Position numbers and translations under genes: made by a program. DNA of 63,701 nucleotides, filler included, from Lenisia limosa (Eukaryota; Protista; Breviatea), in the NCBI GenBank assembly GCA_001655205.1. It is 9 parts of 9 records of this genome, joined end to end, with 100 filler letters (N's around TTAATTAATTAA, not from the genome) between each part and the next. Parts side by side here need not be neighbours in the genome. Positions count along the whole stretch, not along the records: positions 38,903 to 56,844 come from LPNZ01008753.1; positions 56,945 to 63,701 come from LPNZ01001490.1; 7 more parts are not named here. One strand, given 5' to 3'. The notes under the pieces were generated by a model, which searched no databases, was not told the DNA's origin, and worked only from the letters and a program-made list of their open reading frames with translations. Positions 52,719-63,701 of this stretch are shown here, one piece after another (the first letter of the stretch is position 1; each line of letters starts with the position of its first letter).

Positions 52719-54170
52719 TCAGAGATGAAAGGGTCTGAAGGGAAGCACTCTACACTAACACGGAATGAAGCCGTCAGTTAACTCACTTTGGGCGGGCACG
52801 GTGGCACCCTTCCCTCCTCCTCAAGCTCCATATAGGCCATTCGGATGTGGATGGGCAAAAGAGGCCCTGTGTCTTTCCGGAGTGCCTGAACAACAAGTGC
52901 TAATAAGGTCAAAATGGGCATTTACTAAAAGCAAAAGAAATTGAGCTTGAGTGGCATTTGATAATCTAACATTTTATGATTTGAGTTGTGTAATCAGATA
53001 ACTGGGCAAAGAATGATCCTACTATCACTTGCTCCACTTGCCTCGAATAAGATTCGTCTTAAGCCCCACCTCTTTCAATGAGCTCGCCACAGTAGACTTT
53101 GGCTAAACTGCCCATCACAGTGATGAACTTCTCAGGAAATGTGGACTGTGACACTCCATTGATGATCTGAAGCGTTACCAGCCCATTCCGAATAGAAGGG
53201 CAAAAGAAGGGAACCTCCAGCTCGTTTATTTCTGAAAAAGGAGGAATAAACCATCAGCAAAGATTAGGAAGATTGAAAAGATATCAAACAGAAGTTAGGT
53301 ATCCTGAAAATAACTATGCTGTATTTGAAAGAGGAGTAATAAATGAAGTTCAGTCTGTGTTTTAATATCAATGCGTTACTATTCAATCAGCGACATTACA
53401 ACGAAATCCGCCCAGCCCCACTTTTTTGACACTGGATTTTGGGAGCCTTGACCTTCGATAGTGCTCATATCGATCCATTTCGGCGGGGGTGAACTTGTCA
53501 AGGAATTCCCTAAAAAATAAACCATCACCACGATGTATATACCAATTGCCCTGTAAAGCGTACTTCATTTCTTCCTGTTCGCGTATTTCTTCCTGTCTAA
53601 AAGCCTCTTCTAACATTCGCTCATCCTCCTCTTCTAGATAGTAAGAAGCGTGTCGAAACCTCAACATAATTCTGTCATCCACCCACCATCTTCATCGTCC
53701 TCCTCATCTATTTGCTGCTGGGACAATTTTTCATCTTGCACTGGAGAAGCATTCTTCTTCGGCCGGTCTAAATAAATTAATGTCCATTGAAGCACAATTG
53801 CCAGCGCTATTGGGTTGTAACGCAACATTATGGCGTATATTATGTTATCAAACTTTGTCAGGTGATTTGTGTTGATTGGCATTTGCTTCACACAAAATAC
53901 CCAATCCAATGCGTAATAACAAAAAAAAAACACCAATAATAATTGGTTTTCATACCTGCCTTCTTTTTTGCCGCTGGCGTTTTTGGCTCTGCGATTGTGA
54001 AATAAGGAAACAAATATAAGAGCAACGGATAGGGCTACTTGGCAAAAGGGAATTGTTTTGAAAACAAAACAATACGCACAAAATATCACATGTTTCCAAT
54101 GTGACTAATTTATTTCAAAATTTATTCACAGAGTATATAGCCGCAACAGACACTCACCTATGCTGTCCAT
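52719..54170 (-). CDS. TAF11: TFIID subunit 11 (histone fold)
   Basis: FLDKFTPAEMDRYEHYRRSRLPKSSVKK, FITVMGSLAKVYCGELIER, DTGPLLPIHIRMAY. Confidence 0.87.
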
Positions 54171-54599
54171 CCGGAGAGGAAGAGGGTGTCAATTGCACGT
54201 CGTTATTTGTTTTATAACACCACAACTGTTGTAGTAGTGTACTATTTGAGAGGGAGAGACTTTGAGCAAACTTCAAAGTTTGAGACTTTGGCTGCTTTGC
54301 CTGGGGCTGGAACAAGGCCAGACCAAACAAGAAAATAAACCTGGGGAATACAAAATGTTGATTGCAGGTCGTAAATTAAGATAATAATAGTTTGATAATA
54401 GTATATAGCTATTCAGTGTTGCAGTTTTTAAACACATTGTAGGCAGATTTTAGGTTGAATAGGGGTTCACAGTGAAGGTTGCTCTTCTCCCAGTGCGGGA
54501 ATCTCGTATTCCACTGCACTACTGAGCACAAAAGTGTGATAAATGATTGAAGAGCCTCCAATTACTCGATGGTCTTCCATCAACGATTCAGTAAGTGTC

Positions 54600-55900
54600 C
54601 TATTTGCTCATTTCCTTGGCCTTTCGCTGTGTCTTTTGGATATTTACCATATATGGGGTTTGAGAAAGATGGATTTCTTGCTTTACAACGTATTCTCGAA
54701 CTTTTCCCTGCAATTCAAAATAGGAATGATCATTTTCTGTCCACCGTCACAAATAACTTCCCTTGAATTATATATAACTTGTTTGATTTTTTTGTGTGAT
54801 GTGAATCTAATTTGATCAACTATAGACCGGGATCAAGGAAGCTCTCTACAGGAACATAGACCACAATGGTGGGTGTTCAGATTAGTGTTGGTTTAAGTTA
54901 CGATATTCAAAATATTTAACAAATTAAACCTTTCTAACACCCTTTGTGATGCTTGGGAGGCACACAGAAAGCTGCCTCTTTAAGAACAAGAATGTATAAT
55001 TAAGGAAGAAGAATACAAATAATACACATTCTGTGCTGCCTCTTATCTCCGCCATGCAAAACTGCATTTATCAGATAATCATTAAATCAAGCGATATTTT
55101 CCCCAGTTATTTTTCCAAACCCGAACAGAAGCCGAACTCTTAACTTACCTCCACTTCCAATAGAGAGCTCCAACCCTGAAGTACACTACCCCAGTCACCT
55201 GCAGCTAGAGAATGCTGATCAACATCCTTCAACCTCTTTTGGCTGGAGTGAGGAGGGGGGCTAGATTTTTTTTTGATCAAACGCCTTCTTTTCGTTCCAT
55301 TTTTTGGGGGTATTTTGAAACCTTATGTCCACTCGTGCGATAATTGAATGATATGCATATAATCCTATGATACTCTAATACACTCGGGTTGAATCATCCC
55401 TCGTGCTATCTTCTTTCATCATTTCGAAAGTTGGTCTAATGATCTTATCACAAGTGGGTATAGGATATCGTTATATCAATGATATAAATAACGTTGTAGT
55501 TCCCATGCCCCTGGAAGACCACAACCATCCCAATTTAGCTGAAGGTGACTGGTTTACTTCTGGTTATTTTATGGTCAATGCTCTACCATATACAATGATT
55601 ATGTTAGTATTTATACTACCATATTATGACTTTTGTTAATGCCTACCAGGCCTGAAGACGGTTATGCCGTATGAGGTTCTCACCAACTTCCAAAAATCAT
55701 GTTTCGAGAAGATGGCCTGCCACTTCAGAGCGACAGAGGTCAGCGTGTACCCTGATCGAATAGGTCACTCTCGTCTTTTCCGGGTTTTGATGTGTTTGTC
55801 CTTTTTTGCGTGGCCCCCTCCCCAGTTTTCATCTTCAAGGTCATGGCTGAAAAATGCCCTCCAAAACCTGAAAGCAATACAAAGAAAATGTACCTCTTTG
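54600..55900 (-). CDS. Multi-exon gene fragments, possibly an F-box protein
   Basis: Exon ~55680-55748 reads YTLTSVALKWQAIFSKHDFWKL, like an F-box end. Further open exons lie at 55383-55444 and 55149-55240. Strand assignment is partly ambiguous. Confidence 0.3.
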
Positions 55901-56131
55901 CGATAACTGGAGCGTTGAGAGTGTGGGCGGGGCGTGAGGGTGCGATATGTATTATTTATCAAAATATGTAAAGTGGGGTTTGGAAAGTTGTCAGAAGGGG
56001 TCTGATGAATTGAACTAAAACTGACAACAGAAATGTGAGTGTACAAATATACAATATATCATATACTACACATGACCTTTCGGCATATGATGTGACATTA
56101 TGTCATCAGACACATGAAATGACCTTTCAGC

Positions 56132-56620
56132 CCGCTTTTGGATGTTGCGCAGACTGAAAACGTCCTCGAGTTTCTGGTATGTTTAGTGGAATGGGGGTGT
56201 AGTATGTGTTTTTGGCTATATTTTTTTACGTTCGGTTCTCATGTTTGTGATTCTTTTTTTTGACATAGTTTAAATTATGGGTTTTTTTGTTTCATAAATT
56301 TTCCAATTTTAACATACCCCCCCCCAGGCCGAATCATACGTCGATCTATCCGCAGGGGACTTCACGCACAACTCCCTCCGTCCGTCCACTATCGCCACTC
56401 CGTTCTCACTCTGTCGGCCGACCGGGCTGGATTCAGTCGAAATGGCAGCTAGTAAGGACTCGTCCGCGTTCTACATCTCTGACGCCTTGTTGCTTGGCGC
56501 TGACGTGAGAGGGAGGGTACTTTTTATTTTTAGTTGATTTATTGGTTCAACAAACGATTCACCTTCTTAAGGTTCTCATCAAGGCGCTTTCTTCAAAAGA
56601 TGAAGCGAGTAATACCACAG
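56132..56620 (+). CDS. Hypothetical multi-exon gene (partial)
   Basis: PLLDVAQTENVLEFL|AESYVDLSAGDFTHNSLRP...ALLLGAD|VDLLVQQTIHLLKVLIKAL, with strong splice signals. Confidence 0.45.
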
Positions 56621-57461
56621 AACTTCTCAAAGTGGGCCTCTCTATTATCATTGTATCTCCTTCACCTTCGTCTTCTTTCTTTCTTTTGCTTACTTCTCTC
56701 ACTCTTGTTTTGTTCTTTTCTCCGTCTTCCCATATGTCTAAGGCTGACCATTTAGCGCTACCTCTCCCTGCTGATACAGGTCACAATGGCTTTAGCTTCT
56801 CCAAAACTGACTCTGAGCTTCTTTACCCTGGCAATTCGCCTTCCNNNNNNNNNNNNNNNNNNNNNNNNNNNNNNNNNNNNNNNNNNNNTTAATTAATTAA
56901 NNNNNNNNNNNNNNNNNNNNNNNNNNNNNNNNNNNNNNNNNNNNGTATCTGACCGAAGCCGTCCACACCATCACGCTTATCAGAGATATTGAATTATGTA
57001 TAATATTAATTCACCCAAGTAATAATATACTATATAATATGCAGATATAATTCATATATATAAATATATATACTATATATATATATCACAAAAAAATATT
57101 TATAATATGGACATGTAGTGATATACATATAATTCGATCAATATGAAGACTGTGACATAGATAAGTTTAATGAAAATAATCAGATCACACCTCAGTGAAA
57201 GATCGAGACTCCACGGTCACTGAATATGTAGCAATATTAAATACTTATGCTATTTCATATTAATAACACATAGTAGTTATGGAAAACTTATATTATATTA
57301 TATTATAGCTAATAGAGGAAGAGAAATAAGGTTGAATCTGGCTGAAACCATCCACACCATCACGATTAAGACTTGTCAGTAAATAGATATCTTAAACCAA
57401 TCTTCAACACAGAAAAAATAATCTCAAGCTAAACACGATCCTTAACAACTCTACCAACCAA

Positions 57462-57980
57462 TTCATCACCGCAAAGAAGAAGAAGGCCCTTAATGCAATC
57501 CGTTTTCATCAGCTGGTCACGGATCAGAACTGACTCAGTCATGGAGGCGATATGTTGGCAGGCGGCCATGCGCACCTAAGGGGTGAATGGCTCCAAATGC
57601 ACAATTTTTACAACTTACAGCAACTTTGTCATGTTTTAAGAAGGAGACGAGCTGTGGGGGAGGTCAGAAACAAGCAAGAAATGCAAAACCTTACTTCTTC
57701 AATTTCCGACACCATTTTATTTTGCTTTGTCTTGCTGCTCCTCTATATATTAATGAAAGGGTCACACACTCAGCACACACTTTGAACTTTTATGCATCAA
57801 TAATCTGGGGGTGTATACAACCCAGGAAACAGAAGTCTCCGAATTTTGCAAAGGGGGGTCCCAAAGAAAACCACACACAAACCCTCCTTGGGGTTATATA
57901 AAACCACAATACAAAAAAACAACAAGACGCTTCCAAGACGTGCCTCATGGGCTTTGCGCTGACTCCGTGCTGCTTTTTCT
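57462..57980 (-). CDS. ARM/HEAT-like helical repeat gene fragment
   Basis: LVSFLKHDKVA|VRMAACQHIASMTESVLIRDQLMKTDCIKGLLLL. Confidence 0.4.
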
Positions 57981-57989
57981 TTCCTCCTC

Positions 57990-59026
57990 CTCCTCCTCTT
58001 CCGATAGTCGTTTCCATCACCACAGTTGTAGAAAAAAATCTCCTTCTTCTTCTTCTCCTTCAGCTTGTCGTCTTTCTCTTGCTTCTCTTTCTTCGTCCAT
58101 ATTCCTATTCTCCTCCTCTTCATCTTCGTCTTTATCTCTCTTCTCCACCTGCCTTCTTTTCCATACTTCTTCGTTCTGTCTTTTCTTCCTCCACTTTGCA
58201 TACATCTTTCTTGCTTCCTTTCTTCTCTCCTTATCTTTAAACCATCCTTTAGTCCTTATTCTAAGCTCTTCTTCTCCTCTCCACTTCACAACCTCGTCCA
58301 CTCTTCTTCTTGCCATATCATAATCATTCACTTCTCTTCCAATTCTCGTCAGTATTCTCTCTTCCATCCATCTTCTTTCTTCTTCCTATTCCTTGCATTC
58401 TTCCAGTACCTCTTACTCGTACTACTCCACATACCATGCATCTTCTTTTATCTTCTGCGTTCTTCCTTCTTCCTTCTTCATTTAACCTCAACTCCCTCTC
58501 TTTTCGTTCTTCATCTTCTTCCTTCCTTTCTTCTCTTTCTCCAAATAGTTGCGGGTACTCATCTTTCTTCTCTTCCTCTTCTTTTCCTTCACATATCCAT
58601 ACATTATCAGCTCGGCTAGGTCTTTTCTTCTCCTCTCATCTACTCGCTTCTTCTCTTTTCTTATCTCTGCTTGATTCTTTGCATTTTCCTCTGTGATCTT
58701 CTTCTGTCTCGTGATGATTGACTCCAGTTCTTTCATTTCTTCCCTCATCTTCTCTCTTTCTTCTTGCAATATCGACACAATAGATCAAAATTCCCTTGAT
58801 GATTCCTCTTCTTCTCTGAATCTCCTCTGCGTTTCTTCTCTTATTGTGTTTATCTCCCTTTTTACTCATCATATACTTCCCTTATTATCTCATCTTTCAA
58901 CTTTCTCATTATATCATCTTCTTTCTTTCCTCCTCTTTCATTTTCATCAAACCTCTACCCTCTTCTTCTTCATCACGTTTTTCCCATCGTTAGGTTGAGT
59001 CGGGTGGTCGTCCTTGTAGCCACCAT
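57990..59026 (-). pseudogene. Decayed retroelement ORF1/gag-like sequence
   Basis: About 1 kb of purine-rich, intronless sequence with scattered stops and frameshifts. It shows an MVATR start, a coiled coil, RRRKDLAELIMYG (like the LINE ORF1 RRxNLIIxG motif) and FYNCG (knuckle-like). Confidence 0.5.
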
Positions 59027-59308
59027 TCCGAAGTCAGATTAGTGTTTATAGTATTACGCAGTTATGAAAGACAAGTCGGGAGGGGAGAGGGTGAGAGAGA
59101 AAACCATCAAAACAACATTTCAAATTACTAATTGAATATTAAAAGGTTATCCATCCATATACGAGTTTCTTTCTGCTTCCAACCATTTCCGATTCAAACG
59201 CGGAGGGTGAACCGCCCTTTTTGTAACTGCCTCAAAAGTTAAAGTTATATGAGCTAAGCCGCGGTCTACACAGAGTGTAGAGAGGTGGAGATGATGAATA
59301 AGAATAAG

Positions 59309-62300
59309 ATGGTCGAGAAGGAGCCTACAAATCTGGCGACGGAAGTGACAATGATCACCAAGGGAAGTTGTACCATTAACGGCAACAACCCTTCAACGGT
59401 GAGTAGTTAGGTTTGGTACTTAGGTATCAAAGCTACCGCAAAATAGGGAATAAATATTTTTCCCGTAACGATCTTGATGTTGTGGTTTTGCGTTTGCCCT
59501 GCATTTCCTTTCATATTGTCATGTTGTATATTATTTCTCTTTTTCAAAAAAATCACAGCTTTTATGAACTTAATTTTCACAGGAGTCATGATAACTATAT
59601 TGTGATGTATCTGGAATTCAGTATGATTATTCTGAGGACACATGGTGGTAAAAGTCATTAAAACAGTTGATATGCGTATTTCGCTATCCAAGTTTGGATG
59701 CAAATGAAGAAAATATTGACTGAACAAGAAAACGCATTATTATTTGGTTGATTTTTTCTCCTTTAGTTTTAACCTGCATGATGTCGTGTTCTGTGAAATT
59801 CTTATCTTGATTCTGATTATTCTGTCATCGTCTTCCTTGAAATTTTCGTGTCAAAAGCATGGAGATAAAGTTCCCCATGTCAAAAGTGTTTTGTAATCCC
59901 CACAGGCCCACTTCCGCACTGCTTACGGCGTCATGATGGTTGTCAACGGAAAAAGTCGAATGTTGACCCCTGTCGTTGAAGACTTTAAGGACGAGGAGGA
60001 TTCCACCAACAACAGAGCTGATCTCAAGGTGGGCTACTGTTTTGCAATTTTGAGTGTTTAGTGTTTGTTTTGAGTATTTAATATTTATCACACGGTCTGT
60101 TTGATTACATTCCATTTGTCGTTCATTTTTTGATTTGTTTTTATCCTATATTGTTTTAAAATTGGAATGATTTATTGATTAGAAACTATTTTGAGTTTTT
60201 TTTTCTGTTCTTTTGATTCTGGTTCTTTTGTTTACACTTTGTAGGCTGTGATAATGGCTCTTCGCAACGCCAAGCTCATTGAAACGGTGAGGGTCATGTC
60301 ATATAGCAACATAATATATAATATTATATCATTTTCACACGTATTCACATGGGAACCCTCTGAACATCCTTAAATAATCAATTATAACAATTCACTCGGC
60401 CATATCCACGAATAAACACATATCAATATAACATACAAGTTGAACTCAAACTTTTTTTCCTTGGATGCTAAGAAAGGATAGTTATAAAACATAAACCAGG
60501 GACATTTTGCGTGAGTTTGTGTTCTTTTTTATTTGTCATGTGTTTCCATTGTATTGTTTTTTTTTTTGAGGACCCACGGCGTATTTTCATTTTTATTTAA
60601 ATTGGTTTTGTTTTTGCTTTTTGTATGCCCTTCCCGCAGCTTTATTCAACCTCTCCTGAGTTTACCAATAATTAGGGCTTCACTTTGGTTAGAAAAAGAC
60701 CGGTAAACGATAATTTTCGAGGATTTATCAAGAAATTCAGTCTTATTTAGAAGTGAAGCCCTACCTATAATTTTTGACTTCCCCGCAGCTTACTTCCGGC
60801 GATCGGGTCACTGTCATTTCTAACACGGAATACGTCATTACGGTCAGTTCCCGGGGGCATAGGTTGATCCAGAGTTTATGATTGATGGTGTGTGGCGATT
60901 AAAGAGTCGCTTTTTGACGATCTAATTTTAGAATTTTTTTTGTTTTGTTTCACAATGACCAATTTTTGATATATGATATGGCTCATCAAGGTTTTGTCAA
61001 CTTAAAGACCGGACCGGTTCAGTTCGGATTAGAGTACTTGTCAAATATCGCTATGTAATGGAACGAAACTGTTTTTTTCTTCTTATTTTTGAAACTTGGG
61101 ACACAATATAAATGTTAACGTTGACGATATACTCATGTAAAAATTACATCATGAATTTATTTTTTGTTTCATTGCTTCCCATGATCTCCTTTGAAGTGTT
61201 TTTGTCATGACCCAGGCCTGTAAAGCGGGCACTTACGGACCTGAAGCCAAAAACAAGGATCTTCTTGATGTCATATTTGAGCTGACCTCCGCATTTTCTC
61301 CACTTGGTTTGATAAATGTATTAATATAAAAAAAAAGAGAAAAAAAATATGCTTTTGGTGTGAACTTGTAATTAAACCGTCTTCCGCAACATCACAATTT
61401 TTCACCTTATGCAGGAATTCAGATTGAGTTTGTACGTCAGAGCGAAAAGGAATGTGGGTCATGGAAACTGTTTCTGGTTTTAGTTGTTTTTTTTTAGTTA
61501 TTTCCAAAATAAAAATTTTTCTTTTTTAGATGTAATACGAAAAACTGTGATTGTTTCATTTTTGTTTTCTCTTTATATTTTACCTTATCTCAGGTTTCGG
61601 GCTGAAAACGGTCAAAAAGGCCGTGACCCATGCACGTGACATCCTTGCAGGTTTGCTCAAAACGGTTTATGATACATCATTAATGATTGTTTTTTTTTGT
61701 TGTTGTTGCTGGTTTTGTTGTTGTTGTTTATTTTGTTGTTGTTGTTTATTTTGTTGTTGTTGTTTATTTTGTTGTTGCTGTTATTGTTGTTCCTGTTGTG
61801 ATTTGTTTTGCCTATTACTGTCCCTCTAGTACAATACCATCAATCATCATTTTCAAACTTTGTGTTCCACAGCAAGATTATATTCTAAAGTCTCTAATCT
61901 GATCCTTTAGATACAAGTGATCTCCCCGTGGCCAAGCCAAAGCCTGAAGAGGTGGCTGAAAACCTCATCAAAATGAAAATCACCAAGGAAGTTGAAAAGA
62001 AAGAACAGGGTTGTTGGGCTCAAGTATCTTGTAATCTGCACAGTGTATGGGAAGTCTTGACCGTTTTTCACCAAGTTCATCTTTAACAAATCGGTCAAGA
62101 CTTATCCATGTCACTGTGTTTATTTCAGATTAACATTTTACCAAAATCTATGATGAGACATAATTGCGGCCAGTAATAATGAGGGTAATGTGGGAGTTGT
62201 TTTTGGCCGTACATATTGTCAGGGGAACTCCATTTCAGAACTTTAGTTTCAAATGTTGATAATTAATTTCTTCAAAACATTAAATGCATGGAGTCCTACT

Positions 62301-63453
62301 TATTGTGGGTAAATTAATATCATACTATAATCCAATATCTCTTGTAAGCGTGATGGTATGGGCGGCTTCGACCAGAGACATCCTTATTTTTAATTTCTCA
62401 TTGCTAGTTATTTTGTTATTGTGACATTCCTCAGTTCAAAACATCATGGCGTATGTGACCGTGTTTCAGAAGTTACAGCGACTCTCCTTTTTCAAGTGGG
62501 AAAAACTTTCATGAATTATTAATTATTAAAGATAAATTTAGTGTTGTCCAAAAATACTGTCTTTTGTTATTGTCATATTTGATTCTTTGAGGATCCTATA
62601 AATATATTTGTTAGTCAATTTTATTGCTCCAATAACCAGGTTTTTTATCAGTCTGATACATTTTTTGTTACCAGAAACATGATTCTTTTTGTCATGAATT
62701 CACCGTTTCAGGTGTGACAACGACCAGGTCCCCGTTGGTGATTCTCTGGCTACGTCCGTGACAAACATTGAGTCCTCAGCATCTCACAACAGAAATATTG
62801 TCAGGAGACTGTTTTTTTTAACAAAAATTCCCCTTTGTTTTGGCATTCCGAAACTTTAAAACCCCTTTCAATTTCACTTTTAGTGTCGTTTGTTAATTTG
62901 ACCCATTTAGTTATTAGCAGCTATTTCTGGCATGAACAAGATCAACGAGCTTTTTCTTCACGACAAACTCAACATTTGCTTTGTAACCAGTGCCACAGCG
63001 ATTGCCTCTGGATGGAGAAATCACCAGGTGGGGCTCGGGTTTCATGTCTCTTTATGCTTACAAGCTTGTTGTTGCGTTTTTGTATTATATTAACCCTAGT
63101 GATATGATTTTATGGCGGACTTTCAAGTCGAAATGATGAATGAAGATAACACGAGGGTTCGAGTGTATCAGAGTCATTGAGACTTGTCGGGCAATTATCA
63201 TACGAGTGGATATGAGGTATTATATCACTGCGTGGAAAAGGATAGTTCACAGGCGTGAAAATGATCCAAAAAGTGATATGATTATTAATTTCAATTCATT
63301 CGGCCAGGACCCCAAGGGCAAACCCCCTGCAAACTTAGACCTATTCGAATCAATCGCTTCAAAGCTGCAAAACGACTCTGACCTAACTTTCATCCATGAT
63401 TCGGAAAACAGCGAAATTTCAAGGCTGAAGAATTTACCTGCAGAAACTACTGA
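59309..63453 (+). CDS. Protein with tandem RNase H1-like domains lacking catalytic residues; ends uncertain
   Basis: Domain 1: VTMITKGSCTING, AYGV, STNNRADLKAVIMAL, VTVISNTEYVIT, KNKDLLD, GIQIEFVR. Domain 2: LNICFVTSATAIASGW, DPKGKPPANLDLFESIASKL..LTFIH. Confidence 0.7.
60673..60763. mobile_element. Family A hAT-type MITE
   Basis: TAGGGCTTCAC...GTGAAGCCCTA; flanks CCAATAAT/CCTATAAT (7/8). Confidence 0.88.
61688..61800. repeat. (GTT)n / (GTTGTTGTTTATTTT)n microsatellite
   Basis: Seen directly in the sequence. Confidence 0.9.
62041..62116. mobile_element. Family B (B1) MITE
   Basis: CAGTGTATGGGAAGTCTTGACCG...CGGTCAAGACTTATCCATGTCACTG. Confidence 0.8.
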
Positions 63454-63522
63454 GTAAATTGGTTGCATTTTTGATTGATAGAAATGTATATTATGGTAAA
63501 GTTAGACTGCCTCAGTGGGATA

Positions 63523-63597
63523 CAGTAACGGATAGTCTTGACCGATTTTCCTTGGGAAAACACATAGCAAATCGGTCAAGACTTATCCCGGTCAGTG
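63523..63597. mobile_element. Family B (B1) MITE
   Basis: TA|CAGTAACGGATAGTCTTGACCGA...TCGGTCAAGACTTATCCCGGTCAGTG|TA. Confidence 0.85.
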
Positions 63598-63701
63598 TAT
63601 ATTTAGAATATGCACATCTGCTTGAATAAAACCAAAAAGAAACGCAAAACACAATTATTGATCTGCGTGAATACCCCCCCCCCCTCAATACGCTGGATTG
63701 A

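Overview
Draft-assembly DNA from an intron-rich, AT-rich eukaryote (probably a protist; species not identifiable from the sequence). It uses the standard code with GT-AG introns. There is no prokaryotic content, CRISPR array or rRNA. Eight 44N-TTAATTAATTAA-44N spacers are artificial contig linkers, so adjacency across them is unproven. Genes were rebuilt by hand from short exons, so boundaries are approximate. Recognised genes: a CoA-type Nudix hydrolase, two ankyrin-repeat genes, a dCache-TM-HAMP-class III cyclase receptor, a MAP65-like coiled-coil protein, NTF2, a GCC2_GCC3 Cys-rich surface protein, APEH (partial), CLP1, ZFAND2/AIRAP, TAF11, and a protein with tandem RNase H-like domains. 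Repeats: a ~25-copy hAT-type MITE (8-bp TSD), a Tc1/mariner-type MITE (TA TSD), a decayed retroelement ORF1, and an intron-associated repeat. The most interesting signals are (1) a spliced gene with apparently two RNase H folds whose catalytic acids are substituted, (2) a receptor cyclase lacking both metal-binding Asp residues, (3) a dispersed repeat that forms one complete intron and the acceptor end of another intron in an unrelated gene (introner-like), and (4) introns that start with G-tracts and end with C-tracts.
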